A DNA stretch of 64,000 bases from an uncultured bacterium (GTDB taxonomy: Bacteria > Omnitrophota > Omnitrophia > Omnitrophales > Abzuiibacteriaceae): contig CAYLXA010000004.1 of NCBI GenBank assembly GCA_964387845.1, positions 128,001 through 192,000 on the forward strand, given 5' to 3'. The translations under genes were made by a program, and so were the position numbers. The notes beneath the pieces are model-generated. The model worked only from the letters and a program-made list of their open reading frames with translations. It did no database searches and was not told the DNA's origin. This document shows positions 8,927 through 18,905 of the stretch, piece by piece; the first letter of the stretch is position 1; each line of letters begins with the position of its first letter.

Positions 8927-9799
8927 ATGCATGCCGGTTTTTTTCGGAAATCTCTCAATTTTATTATCTTAATTGGTGTTCTGGCAGTTGTTGCTCGGCC
9001 ATTAAACGCCGACAGCGAAAAGCCTATCGGGGTGGTTGTCAGCATCGCGCCGCTTGCCGAATTTGTCGAGCAAATCGGGCAGAGCTGGGTTGATGTCACT
9101 GTCATGGTTCCGGCTGCGGTCAATGAACACACCTATGAGCCGGCACCGGATCAACTCAAAGCATTAAGCAAAGCCGGCCTTTATGTGGCGGTTGGTTCCG
9201 GGATTGAATTCGAACTGGCATGGCTTGAGCGTTTTCAGCGGTTGAACCCCGGGCTTCGAATTTGTGATGCTTCTCAAAACGTTCGGCTTATCGCGGAAGA
9301 AGCGCATGGGCATGCGCATTCGGATCCGCACATTTGGCTTTCGCCCAAAAACGCGCAAGTGATGGCGGCAGCGATTTCTGCATGCTTGTCTGAATTTGAT
9401 GTTGAGCACGGGGAAAATTACGAGCAGAATAAAACTCGATTTGCAAGTGAGTTACAGGAGCTTGAAAAGGATCTGGGTAAGGTTTTTTCCGGCATGAAGC
9501 AGCGGGATTTTTTGAGCGCGCATTCGGCGTGGCGGTATTTTGCGCGGGATTTTGGTTTAAACGAAATCGCTATTGAATCTGAAGGGAAGGAACCGAGCGC
9601 TTCGGAAATCTTAAAAATCATAGAAATGGTGAAGCAAAAAAATATCCGCTCCATTTTCACAGCGCCTCAATTTTCAAAACGGTATGCGGAAATGATTGCC
9701 AAAGAAACCGGCGCGCGATTAATCGAGGTAGATCCGTTGAGTGGAAAATATGTTCAAAATTTGCGTCAATTCGCAAATAATTTACAGGAATCATCATGA
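8927..9799 (+). CDS. znuA: zinc/manganese ABC transporter substrate-binding protein (ZnuA/TroA family)
   Basis: A signal peptide, TroA-like fold motifs and a His-rich loop (EEAHGHAHSDPHIW). Confidence 0.8.
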   Translation: MHAGFFRKSLNFIILIGVLAVVARPLNADSEKPIGVVVSIAPLAEFVEQIGQSWVDVTVMVPAAVNEHTYEPAPDQLKALSKAGLYVAVGSGIEFELAWLERFQRLNPGLRICDASQNVRLIAEEAHGHAHSDPHIWLSPKNAQVMAAAISACLSEFDVEHGENYEQNKTRFASELQELEKDLGKVFSGMKQRDFLSAHSAWRYFARDFGLNEIAIESEGKEPSASEILKIIEMVKQKNIRSIFTAPQFSKRYAEMIAKETGARLIEVDPLSGKYVQNLRQFANNLQESS

Positions 9800-10557
9800 G
9801 TCAATTAAAACCGGCAATTCTCGTTAAAAACCTGTGGGTCCAATACGGCCACACCGCTGTGCTGCGCGAAGTGAATCTGGCGCTTAACAATCAGATTTTT
9901 CTAGGCGTGATCGGTCCAAATGGGGGCGGGAAAACAACTTTCTTAAAAACTTTACTCGGATTGGTTTCGCCATCAAAGGGCGAGGTTAGGATTTTTGGTA
10001 AAGAACCGAAGGATGCCCGCGGAATGGTCGGATATGTGGCCCAGAAGAGTCTCCTCGACATTGATTTCCCGATTCGGGCATGGGAGGCTGTTTTGATGGG
10101 TAGATTGTGCCACACGGGCCTTCTGAGGCCGTATTCGCAAGAGGATAAAGAAGCTGCGCTTGAAGCGCTCAAACAAGTTGAGATGCATCAATTTCAAAAC
10201 CGCCACCTGGGAGAACTTTCGGGGGGCCAGTTGCAGCGCATTCTGATTGCGCGCGCATTGGCGTCCAATCCAAAGCTGCTTTTGTTAGATGAGCCCACGA
10301 CCGGCGTTGACAAACCGATGCAGGCAAGCGTGTACGAACTTTTGAGTGAGTTGAAAAAGAAAATGACAATCGTGATGGTTTCGCATGATATCGGCGTTGT
10401 CTCGGCTTATGTCGATAAAATCGCGTGCCTCAGCGGAAAACTCTATTACCATGACTCAAAAGAAATCGTCAAAGAGGAATTGGAAGAAGCATATCATTGC
10501 CCGATTGATTTAATCGGCCACGGCGTTCCGCATCGCGTGGTCGAGGAGCATCATTAA
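9796..10557 (+). CDS. znuC: zinc ABC transporter ATP-binding protein
   Basis: Walker A GPNGGGKTT, LSGGQ and Walker B LLLDEP motifs are present, and the gene overlaps znuA by 4 nt. Confidence 0.8.
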   Translation: MSQLKPAILVKNLWVQYGHTAVLREVNLALNNQIFLGVIGPNGGGKTTFLKTLLGLVSPSKGEVRIFGKEPKDARGMVGYVAQKSLLDIDFPIRAWEAVLMGRLCHTGLLRPYSQEDKEAALEALKQVEMHQFQNRHLGELSGGQLQRILIARALASNPKLLLLDEPTTGVDKPMQASVYELLSELKKKMTIVMVSHDIGVVSAYVDKIACLSGKLYYHDSKEIVKEELEEAYHCPIDLIGHGVPHRVVEEHH

Positions 10558-10564
10558 GGAGATT

Positions 10565-11380
10565 ATGGATATTTTTAATTATGAGTTTATGCGCAATGCC
10601 GTGTTCGCAGCGCTCTTGGCAAGCATTGCTTGCGGTATCATCGGTAGTTTCGTGGTGACCAAACGACTTGTGTTTGTGAGCGGCGGTATTTCACATTCGG
10701 TTTTCGGCGGAATCGGGCTCGGATTCTTTTTGGGCATTAATCCCATGATCACGCTGATTCCGTTTGCGCTTTTATGCGCTCTCGGAATCGGCTGGATTCA
10801 TAAAAAAACAAAACTACCGGCCGATACGGCAATCGGTATTTTTTGGGCGTTCGGAATGGCGCTTGGAATTTTTTTTATCAACCTAACGCCGGGCTATGTG
10901 CCGGATTTGTTCAGTTACTTGTTCGGCAATATATTAACCGTCCCGACATTTGATCTGTTGGTGATTGCCGCACTTGACCTGATCATTGGAATTGTTGTTT
11001 TTTTGTTTTATAAGGAGTTTCTCGCCATTTCATTCGACGAAGAATATGCCGAAGTGTCCGGAATTCCCGTGAACGCGCTTTACATGGTCTTGCTATGCCT
11101 CATTGCTTTAACTGTAGTTGTCTTGATCCGGATCGTTGGAGTTATTTTAGTCATTGCACTCTTGACCATCCCGGCAGCTATTGCTAAGACTTATATTAGA
11201 AGCTTTGCCGGCTTGATTTTGGCGGCTGTGGTTATTGGGACGGTACTTACCATCTCAGGGCTTTGGGCTTCTTATTATCTGAATTTTGCCTCCGGCGCTA
11301 CCATCATCCTCCTCGCTTGTGCGGCTTTTACCGTTTCGGCACTTTTTAGCTGGTTGAAACGCCGATTCTCGGCTGCCTGA
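10565..11380 (+). CDS. znuB: zinc ABC transporter permease
   Basis: A 271-aa polytopic membrane protein of the ABC-3 family, with an SD (aaggagatt) upstream. Confidence 0.8.
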   Translation: MDIFNYEFMRNAVFAALLASIACGIIGSFVVTKRLVFVSGGISHSVFGGIGLGFFLGINPMITLIPFALLCALGIGWIHKKTKLPADTAIGIFWAFGMALGIFFINLTPGYVPDLFSYLFGNILTVPTFDLLVIAALDLIIGIVVFLFYKEFLAISFDEEYAEVSGIPVNALYMVLLCLIALTVVVLIRIVGVILVIALLTIPAAIAKTYIRSFAGLILAAVVIGTVLTISGLWASYYLNFASGATIILLACAAFTVSALFSWLKRRFSAA

Positions 11381-11564
11381 TATTTTTTAGCTATAAAATC
11401 AGTTAAAAAATAGCAGTGGACTTTATCAATAATTTTGCTTATGCTTTTATCAGTAACTGCCGACAATTAGCTATGTCATCGAAGTGACTTTTTTAGAAAT
11501 CAATGACTTATTGTTTTTTAATAAGGAAAACAGAGTAAGTCCCATTTAAAAAAGGAGATTCCGC

Positions 11565-11765
11565 ATGCCATTTAGCGCGTCTAGTAAGAAAACCGGCAAA
11601 ACCTATTATCTGCACTCCAAAGAAGTGACGCTTCGAGGAAACCGTAAGCAAACTATATATTTCTTCGCAGGAGAAGTTCAAGCCGGAGCGGTGGAGAGCC
11701 TTCCTCCCGGTTATGCGATCGGCGAGAACTCAAAGACAGGTCTTCCAGTCTTAAAAAAAGTTTAA
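11565..11765 (+). CDS. small hypothetical protein (66 aa)
   Basis: A strong SD (aaaaggaga) 7 nt upstream of the ATG, an AT-rich promoter-like region upstream and an intrinsic terminator immediately downstream. No recognisable family. Confidence 0.5.
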   Translation: MPFSASSKKTGKTYYLHSKEVTLRGNRKQTIYFFAGEVQAGAVESLPPGYAIGENSKTGLPVLKKV

Positions 11766-11787
11766 TTGAATTTATCTTATTCTGCGA

Positions 11788-11822
11788 AGGGATGAGTCAC
11801 TTAAGCGATTCATCCCTTTTTT
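11788..11822 (+). terminator. rho-independent terminator after small ORF
   Basis: A GC-containing stem (gggatgagtc / gattcatccc, 8 of 10 bp) followed by a T6 run. Confidence 0.5.
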
Positions 11823-11849
11823 GCTTCATAAACCAACGGTTGTAAAAAG

Positions 11850-13076
11850 ATGAAAGTAGTCTCCATTATCTTAGGCGGAGGCCAAGGAAAAAGGCTCTTT
11901 CCGCTTACGCGCGATCGTTCAAAACCTGCTGTCCCAATCGGAGGCAAATACCGCCTCGTTGATATTCCAATCAGTAATTCATTGCATTCAGGAATTAAGC
12001 AAATCTTTGTTTTGACCCAGTTTAATTCCTCCTCGCTCAATAACCACATACTCAATACCTATAAGTTTGATTATTTCAGCCGCGCATCGGTTGCTCTTTT
12101 GGCGGCCGAACAAACACTATCGAGCGCGCAATGGTTCCAAGGGACGGCCGACGCGGTTCGTTGTCACATTCCGCATTATCATTTGGAGCCGGAAGATGAA
12201 GTTTTGATTCTCTCGGGCGATCATTTGTACCGGATGGATTATCAGCCACTGATCGACTTCCACCGCAAAAATCAAGCGGATGTAACGATCTGCACAACCG
12301 GTGTTACCGCGAAGGAAACATTTCATTTCGGGATTTTAAAATCGGACGATTCCGGAAAGATTACGGATTTTGTAGAGAAACCCGCAACCCCTCACGAGCG
12401 AAAAGGTTTTGAAGGGCCGGGAGGGCTTTATTTGGCATCAATGGGTATTTATCTCTTTAAAGCAAAAGCCCTCATCGATGTTTTGGCCGGCACGGAAAAA
12501 GATTTTGGAAAAGAAGTGATTCCGAAGTCGCTTAAAACTTACCGGTCGTTTGCCTTCCTGTTTCAGGATTATTGGCGTGACATCGGAACGATGAGCAGTT
12601 TTTATGAGGCCAATCTTGCGCTGACGCAGCCGAATCCCGAATTTAGTTTTCATGATAAAAAGGGCAATTTTATTTTTACCCATCCAAGATTTTTACCGCC
12701 GTCCGAAATCACAAAATGCAATATCGAAAATGCGCTGATTACCGAAGGCTGTCTAGTAAAGCAAGCTAAAATTCACGACTCAGTCATAGGTTTGCGGACC
12801 TGTATCGGGAAAGACGTGACGGTTTCACGCTCCATTATCATGGGTGCGGATGTTTATGACCAGCATGAGAGAAAATCAAAGTCGGTTCCGATCGGCATCG
12901 GTCAGGGGAGTGTGATTGAGAACGCGATTGTTGATAAAAATGCGAGAATCGGGAAAAAAGTCATTATTCGAAACGATAAGAAAATTGATTCGCTGGACGG
13001 CGATGGTTATTACATTCGAGAGAGTATCGTTATTATTCCCAAGAATGCAGTGATCGAGGATAATACCGTAATTTAA
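11850..13076 (+). CDS. glgC: glucose-1-phosphate adenylyltransferase
   Basis: N-terminal GGGQGKRLFPLT...PAVP is the ADP-glucose pyrophosphorylase signature, and a C-terminal left-handed beta-helix region is present. Confidence 0.9.
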   Translation: MKVVSIILGGGQGKRLFPLTRDRSKPAVPIGGKYRLVDIPISNSLHSGIKQIFVLTQFNSSSLNNHILNTYKFDYFSRASVALLAAEQTLSSAQWFQGTADAVRCHIPHYHLEPEDEVLILSGDHLYRMDYQPLIDFHRKNQADVTICTTGVTAKETFHFGILKSDDSGKITDFVEKPATPHERKGFEGPGGLYLASMGIYLFKAKALIDVLAGTEKDFGKEVIPKSLKTYRSFAFLFQDYWRDIGTMSSFYEANLALTQPNPEFSFHDKKGNFIFTHPRFLPPSEITKCNIENALITEGCLVKQAKIHDSVIGLRTCIGKDVTVSRSIIMGADVYDQHERKSKSVPIGIGQGSVIENAIVDKNARIGKKVIIRNDKKIDSLDGDGYYIRESIVIIPKNAVIEDNTVI

Positions 13077-13096
13077 AAGCATAGCGAAGGGACGCG

Positions 13097-13744
13097 ATGT
13101 CAAATCAAATCCGGAAAATCGTAACAGGATGTTTTATTGTGGCATGTTTGGCTGGTGTTGTGTTTGCGGTGCGCGCCGGTAAAACCAGTCAAGCCGAAAA
13201 ACCGATCAATCCGCGCGCAGAAAAAATCAAAGGCCCACCGGATGCCCCGATTATGCTTTTGGAATTCAGTGATTTTCAGTGCCCGTCCTGCGCGTATGCG
13301 CAAGCCTCTGTCAAAAAACTGATGGATAAATTTCCGGAAATGATTCAAGTTCACGCGTATCATTTTCCGCTTGCGATGCATCGTTACGGAATGGATGCTT
13401 CGATTGCGGCTGAATGTGCGGCGGCACAAAAAGTTTTCTGGCCGTATCACGATAAAATATTTGAAGCGCAGAAAGCATGGTCGTCTGACCCCGATGCGCG
13501 GACGCTCTTTCTGGCTTATGCCAATGAAATGGATATGGACCGCGAAGCATTTAAGTCGTGTTTTATGGATCCCGAAACGCGGCGTAAGGTGGAAGCTGAC
13601 CGTGATGCGGGGATTAAGCTTCAAGTGAGTTCAACGCCCACATTTTTTATCGGGGAAGACCGGCTGGTCGGCGCCAAACAACTCGAAGAGCAGGGCCCGC
13701 AAATCATTCAAAAGAAATTAGAATCATTCGTGCAGAAAAAGTAA
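13097..13744 (+). CDS. DsbA-family thiol:disulfide oxidoreductase (thioredoxin fold, CPSC active site)
   Basis: An N-terminal TM/signal anchor and a CPSC motif in DFQCPSCAY. Confidence 0.75.
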   Translation: MSNQIRKIVTGCFIVACLAGVVFAVRAGKTSQAEKPINPRAEKIKGPPDAPIMLLEFSDFQCPSCAYAQASVKKLMDKFPEMIQVHAYHFPLAMHRYGMDASIAAECAAAQKVFWPYHDKIFEAQKAWSSDPDARTLFLAYANEMDMDREAFKSCFMDPETRRKVEADRDAGIKLQVSSTPTFFIGEDRLVGAKQLEEQGPQIIQKKLESFVQKK

Positions 13745-13750
13745 TCGAAG

Positions 13751-14200
13751 GTGCGCCAGATGCCGAATTTTCTGATTTTCATTTTTAGAGTTTTGTTAGG
13801 CGCAGTTTTTATTTATTCCGGTTTCCACAAGCTCATCCGCCCCATTCAAGAGTTTCAATATTCACTGGAACAGTATCAAGCATTTCCTGCGTGGTCGTAT
13901 TCCCTCATTGCTTATTCGGTTCCTTGGGCAGAGCTGGTCTTGGGTGCTTTTTTGGTATTGGGTTATTGGCGTAAAACCGTAGCACATCTGCTTGCGCTGA
14001 TGACGCTTTCGTTTATAGTCTTGCTGGCATCGACCATCGTGCGCGGTTTGAATTTGGCGAATTGCGGATGCTTCGGCGATGCCATTCACCTAACACCGCC
14101 GCAAACAATCGGAATTGATTCATGCTTATTAATTCTTCTTCTTGTGGTTGCTCGGGCTCAAAAAACCCCGTTTGAGCTGGATACGTGGATGGAGAAGTGA
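13751..14200 (+). CDS. MauE/DoxX-family membrane protein
   Basis: Four TM segments and an NCGCFGD motif. It sits immediately downstream of the DsbA-like gene. Confidence 0.65.
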   Translation: MRQMPNFLIFIFRVLLGAVFIYSGFHKLIRPIQEFQYSLEQYQAFPAWSYSLIAYSVPWAELVLGAFLVLGYWRKTVAHLLALMTLSFIVLLASTIVRGLNLANCGCFGDAIHLTPPQTIGIDSCLLILLLVVARAQKTPFELDTWMEK

Positions 14201-14214
14201 GGGTTGGGTAAAAA

Positions 14215-14287
14215 TGGCCAGAGACGGAATCGAACCGCCGACGCAGGGATTTTCAGTCCCTCGCTCTACCGACTGAGCTATCTGGCC
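14215..14287 (-). tRNA. tRNA-Phe (GAA)
   Basis: A cloverleaf is readable: ggccaga acceptor stem, anticodon loop ctGAAaa, TPsiC arm ggttcgattcc. 73 nt. Confidence 0.9.
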
Positions 14288-14346
14288 GAGATTCTGATGA
14301 TTATCTAAAATTTAAATAGAAATGCAAGCGGAATATTGTTAATTTT

Positions 14347-15306
14347 ATGAAATATGTAATCGGCATCGATATCGGCGGCACCAAAATTTCTCTTGCCCTC
14401 GCCAACCGTTCCGGAAAAATTCTTCACCGCGTGAAGTTTAAAACCAAAAAAGGGCCCGGTACGCGCAAATCGATTCAGGATATTGTTCATTTTGTGGCCG
14501 GGTTGCTGCTTTATCGGAAAATCAAACGCGGGCAGCTGCTCGGGATCGGGATCGGCGTTCCGGGGCCCGTGAATCCGGCAAAACAGAAAATAGAGCGTTC
14601 TCCCAATTTGCCGGGCTGGGACAAAGTTCCGCTTAAAAAAATTCTCGAAAAGCAATTTAAGTGCAGGGTTTTTATTGAGAATGACGCGAATGCGGCAGCG
14701 CTCGGCGAAAAGCATTTCGGTGCCGGAAAAGGAGTCTCCAATTTCATTTACGTGACCGTGAGTACGGGGGTCGGCTGCGGTATTGTTATGAATGGAAAGT
14801 TGGTCGCGGGCGATGCCGGTTCAGCCGGCGAAATCGGACACATGACCATCGTCACGAACGGCGAACTTTGCGGCTGCGGAAAGAGAGGCTGCTTGGAAGC
14901 GTATGCGAGCGGTACAGCAATTGCCAAATATGCGGCAAAGCAGCTTAGAACAAGTCGTCAGTCAATGATTCCGAAATTTTGTGAAGAAAAAGGGGTCATT
15001 ACGGGTCAGGCAGTGTCGCTGGCCGCACTTCACGGAGATAAGCTCGCCATGCAAGTTCGGCGCCGCGCTGCCGATTATCTGGGTGTCGGTCTTGCAAGCG
15101 TGATGAATTTACTCAACCCGAAGCGGATTATTTTGGGGGGCGGTGTGCTCGAATCTACCGCGCATTTTTGGCAGCCCATGATGGCTGCCGTTAAAAGAGA
15201 AGCATGGAAAATTCCGTTTAAGTCTTGTAAGATCGTGAAGACAAAACTTCGCCGCGTAGGCGATTTGGGCGCGGTTGCTGTGGTGCTGGAACGGGGCAGA
15301 AAATAA
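14347..15306 (+). CDS. ROK family glucokinase
   Basis: N-terminal IGIDIGGTK, a ROK signature and a CxCGxxGC zinc motif (CGCGKRGC). Confidence 0.8.
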   Translation: MKYVIGIDIGGTKISLALANRSGKILHRVKFKTKKGPGTRKSIQDIVHFVAGLLLYRKIKRGQLLGIGIGVPGPVNPAKQKIERSPNLPGWDKVPLKKILEKQFKCRVFIENDANAAALGEKHFGAGKGVSNFIYVTVSTGVGCGIVMNGKLVAGDAGSAGEIGHMTIVTNGELCGCGKRGCLEAYASGTAIAKYAAKQLRTSRQSMIPKFCEEKGVITGQAVSLAALHGDKLAMQVRRRAADYLGVGLASVMNLLNPKRIILGGGVLESTAHFWQPMMAAVKREAWKIPFKSCKIVKTKLRRVGDLGAVAVVLERGRK

Positions 15307-15317
15307 TAGAAAGTGCC

Positions 15318-15391
15318 GCGCTCGTAGCTCAATTGGATAGAGCATCAGTCTTCGGAACTGAGGGTTACGTGTTCAAGTCACGTCGAGCGCA
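15318..15391 (+). tRNA. tRNA-Arg (TCG)
   Basis: Acceptor stem gcgctcg / cgagcgc, anticodon loop ctTCGga, T arm gttcaagtc. 74 nt. Confidence 0.85.
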
Positions 15392-15412
15392 AAATTTTAC
15401 TAGAAACGATAA

Positions 15413-16264
15413 ATGAACCAAACTTTTAAGAAAATCCTATCATTTATTTTGATCGCTTCAATGCTCGGCGGCTGCTCATCTTTTGGTAACCGGAAACTTT
15501 CATCAGAAGCGGGAATTGCCTCACAGGATGCCGAAGAAATTGCGATCGGCCGTCAGATTCACGAATCAATTATTGCCCGGATGCCCGTTTATCAAAACGA
15601 AACGGTCAATGCTTATATCCGAACGCTCGGCCAAAGCCTGATTCCGTATGTGCGCCGCAAAAACTTGCCCTATCATTTTAGTGTTTTAAGTGATGACAGA
15701 ATTTTTGCAACATCAGCGCCGGGCGGCTACGTTTATATCACGACCGGGTTTGTCCGGTTCGTCGACAACGAAGCCGAATTGGCGGCTGTGTTGGCGCATG
15801 AGATGGGCGAACTGCAGCGGCGCGACCCCAAACTTTCGCAAGCGATCAAATTGCTTGAAAAGACCATTGCTGCGTCGTCCGTGGTAGCTCCGGTTTTTGG
15901 GAGCATCGGCGCGCTGGCAATGCTGGGCCTTGTCGGCGTTCATTCTATGGTTTCTAACGAACCCAATAAGACGTCAAGGCTGGAGGAAGCCGATGAGCTG
16001 GCGCTTGAGTTTTTGTGGAAGGCGGGACATGACCCACAGGGGTTGATCGATGTCTATTACAAGATCATTGAAGCATCGCCGCAAGACCTGATGTATTTGT
16101 TTGATTATCAACAATCGCGCACGGTTACCATGACGCGCCTGTTGCATGCTGAGAGTTTATTCTCGAAGATGGAAGTCGGGCAAAAAGCGTTTGATGCCCG
16201 CCGCGACCAATTTTTATTAATGACACAAACCCTGCGCGAACAAGTTCCGCAAGTATCAACTTAG
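15413..16264 (+). CDS. M48 family metallopeptidase, lipoprotein
   Basis: A lipobox (LGGCSS) and an HExxH motif (LAHEMGELQ). Confidence 0.75.
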   Translation: MNQTFKKILSFILIASMLGGCSSFGNRKLSSEAGIASQDAEEIAIGRQIHESIIARMPVYQNETVNAYIRTLGQSLIPYVRRKNLPYHFSVLSDDRIFATSAPGGYVYITTGFVRFVDNEAELAAVLAHEMGELQRRDPKLSQAIKLLEKTIAASSVVAPVFGSIGALAMLGLVGVHSMVSNEPNKTSRLEEADELALEFLWKAGHDPQGLIDVYYKIIEASPQDLMYLFDYQQSRTVTMTRLLHAESLFSKMEVGQKAFDARRDQFLLMTQTLREQVPQVST

Positions 16265-16271
16265 GAGAGTC

Positions 16272-17990
16272 ATGGCTTTCAAATCTGCCGAAAAAGCGGT
16301 TAAAAAAGACCAATCCATCCACCTCGGGCCTTTAAAAGATCAGGTCGCGCAAGCCTCGCAAGAGCTGAAGAGCCAAAAGGCAATTGACAGGCTTTGGCAG
16401 AAAGATGCGACGCTTTGGAAAAATGATCCAAAACACATTCAAGTGATTCAAAACCGTTTGGGTTGGCTTTCATCGATTGATTGGCTGCTCGGAGAAACCA
16501 AAACGCTTTTGGATTTCCAGCAGAAAGTCCGTTCGGCCAAGTTTGAGCATGCGGTCCTTTTGGGGATGGGTGGAAGCAGTTTGGCGCCTGAAGTGCTGCG
16601 GCAGACTTTTCAGTCATCGCAAAGCAAGCCGCAATTTATCTTACTCGATAGCACGGATCCGGCACAGGTTCTTGCGGTGCATCGTTTGATCAATCCGCTT
16701 AAAACACTTTTCATTGTTTCCACAAAATCCGGAACCACTCTCGAAACGTTGTCCTTTTACCGCTATTTTTATGAAATCGTCAAACAGTCAAAAGGCGCAA
16801 AAGCCGGTGAAAATTTTGTGGCGATCACGGATCCGGGAACGCCGCTTGAAAAGGAAGCTAAGGCATTGTCTTTCTTTCAAGTTTTCATTAATCCGGCAGA
16901 TATCGGCGGACGCTTTTCCGTGATGTCTTATTTTGGCATGGTGCCTGCTGCGGTGATGGGAATTGATGTCGGAGAGATTTTGAAGCGGATGAAACAGGAG
17001 AAAGAGCGTTCAACCGCCCAAATTTCGCTTGAAGAAAATCCGGGCGCGATGCTGGGTCTCATGATGGCGGAAGCTGCCAAGCGCGGCCGGGACAAAATGA
17101 CGCTGCTGGTTTCTCCTTCCATATCATCCTACGGATTATGGGCGGAGCAATTAATCGCGGAGAGTCTCGGGAAAGACGAAAAAGGCGTTGTGCCGATTTA
17201 TGGCGATTTGCTCGATATTTGGCACAAAAAACATTACGACGACCGCATCTTTGTTTATCTTTCATGCGGAAAGAAAGATCCGAAACTCGAAACCTTGGCG
17301 GGGGAATTTGAACATTCCAACTTACCGGTCATCCGCATTCATTTGGCGGATGAATATGATTTGGGCGCCCAGTTTTATCGCTGGTCGATTGCGACGGCGG
17401 TAGCCGGTATGCGTTTCGGGATCAATCCGTTCGACGAGCCGAACGTTCAGGCTGCGAAAGACATGACGAATGCCAACTTAAAATATTTGGCAGAGAAGGG
17501 CCATTTTCCGGACCTTGAGCCTAAAATTGTCGGGAAATCGATTCGTATCACGGTCGGAAAGTCCGAGCGATCCTTGTACAGTTTGGGCGATTTTCTCAAA
17601 AAAACACAGAAAGGAGATTATCTCGTTTTGGCTGCGTATTTGCCGTACCGGAACACGATCGAGATAGAACTCCAAAAAGTGCGCGAAAAATTAAGCCAGG
17701 CAACTCATATTCCCACGATGTTTGGTTTTGGGCCGCGCTACCTGCATTCAACAGGGCAGCTGCACAAAGGCGGGCCGAATAACTGCGTGGCGATTGTATT
17801 TACGTCAGGCATTGATGAAGATGCTGCAATTCCGGGCCAACCCTTCACATTCGGACAGTTGGAATATGCGCAGGCGCTCGGTGATTTTCAGGCACTGGAA
17901 GCAAAGGGGCGCCGCGTGCTCCATTGCCACGTTACCGGAAAATTAATCGAAGAAGGAATCAAAGAATTTCAGAGCTTGCTAGGTTCATAA
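16272..17990 (+). CDS. pgi: glucose-6-phosphate isomerase (SIS-domain PGI of the transaldolase/PGI-associated type)
   Basis: A 572-aa protein with a conserved ATLWKNDP block and SIS-domain architecture. It is the first gene of the pgi-gnd-zwf-pgl cluster. Confidence 0.7.
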   Translation: MAFKSAEKAVKKDQSIHLGPLKDQVAQASQELKSQKAIDRLWQKDATLWKNDPKHIQVIQNRLGWLSSIDWLLGETKTLLDFQQKVRSAKFEHAVLLGMGGSSLAPEVLRQTFQSSQSKPQFILLDSTDPAQVLAVHRLINPLKTLFIVSTKSGTTLETLSFYRYFYEIVKQSKGAKAGENFVAITDPGTPLEKEAKALSFFQVFINPADIGGRFSVMSYFGMVPAAVMGIDVGEILKRMKQEKERSTAQISLEENPGAMLGLMMAEAAKRGRDKMTLLVSPSISSYGLWAEQLIAESLGKDEKGVVPIYGDLLDIWHKKHYDDRIFVYLSCGKKDPKLETLAGEFEHSNLPVIRIHLADEYDLGAQFYRWSIATAVAGMRFGINPFDEPNVQAAKDMTNANLKYLAEKGHFPDLEPKIVGKSIRITVGKSERSLYSLGDFLKKTQKGDYLVLAAYLPYRNTIEIELQKVREKLSQATHIPTMFGFGPRYLHSTGQLHKGGPNNCVAIVFTSGIDEDAAIPGQPFTFGQLEYAQALGDFQALEAKGRRVLHCHVTGKLIEEGIKEFQSLLGS

Positions 17991-18003
17991 CGGGAGTTTT
18001 CGT

Positions 18004-18900
18004 ATGCAAATCGGAATGATCGGTCTTGGAAAAATGGGAATGAATATGACAAAGCGCCTTCTTCAAGGCGGCCATCAGGTCATTGCATTTACCCGGACCA
18101 AATCGACGGTTGATGAGGCAGTGAAAGCAGGCGCTGCCGGCGCTTCTTCGGTTCAAGATTTAGTCTCGAAGTTGAAAACCCCGAAAGTGGTTTGGCTGAT
18201 GGTTCCCTCCGGAAAGCCGGTTGACGATAATCTGGAACTTTTGAAATCGCTTTTATCGAAAGGCGATATTGTGATCGACGGCGGAAACTCTCAATATACC
18301 GAAACCGAACGCCGCGCCGATTTTCTGAAAGATAAGGGTATTCATTATATGGACGTTGGCACAAGCGGCGGTATTTGGGGCCTTGAAGTCGGCTATTGCC
18401 TTATGATCGGCGGCGATCAAAAGGATTTCAAATATTTAGAGCCGGTTTTTAAGACACTGGCGCCCAAAAACGGCTATGGACATATGGGCCCGCACGGCGC
18501 GGGTCATTTTGTAAAAATGATACACAACGGGATTGAATACGGCCTCATGCAAGCGTACGCGGAGGGTTTCGATATTTTGCATGCTTCCAAATTCAATCTG
18601 GATTTGAAGAAAATTTCCACATTATGGAATCAGGGAAGTGTCGTGCGGTCGTGGCTGCTAGAGCTCGCCGAGCGCGCGTTTGCAAACGATCCAAAGCTCG
18701 AGAAACTGCAGGGCTATGTCGACGATTCCGGCGAAGGACGCTGGACCGTGTCGGAATCCGTCAATACCGGCGTTCCTGCTCCGGTGATTGCCATGTCTTT
18801 ATATATGCGCTTTTTATCGCGGGATAAAAATGCGTTTAGTGCCCGCGTGTTAGCCGCGCTTCGTAATGAGTTCGGCGGGCACGCTGTCAAAAAGTCTTAA
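18004..18900 (+). CDS. gnd: 6-phosphogluconate dehydrogenase, decarboxylating (short-form Gnd/YqeC-like)
   Basis: An N-terminal Rossmann motif IGMIGLGKMGMNM and 6PGDH C-terminal domain motifs. About 298 aa, the short form. Confidence 0.8.
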   Translation: MQIGMIGLGKMGMNMTKRLLQGGHQVIAFTRTKSTVDEAVKAGAAGASSVQDLVSKLKTPKVVWLMVPSGKPVDDNLELLKSLLSKGDIVIDGGNSQYTETERRADFLKDKGIHYMDVGTSGGIWGLEVGYCLMIGGDQKDFKYLEPVFKTLAPKNGYGHMGPHGAGHFVKMIHNGIEYGLMQAYAEGFDILHASKFNLDLKKISTLWNQGSVVRSWLLELAERAFANDPKLEKLQGYVDDSGEGRWTVSESVNTGVPAPVIAMSLYMRFLSRDKNAFSARVLAALRNEFGGHAVKKS

Positions 18901-18905
18901 TCCTG

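Noticed and set aside
16272-17990. Calling the 572-aa protein a bifunctional transaldolase/PGI
   Set aside because: It is too short for the fused enzyme (about 950 aa), and only the SIS/PGI-type region is present.
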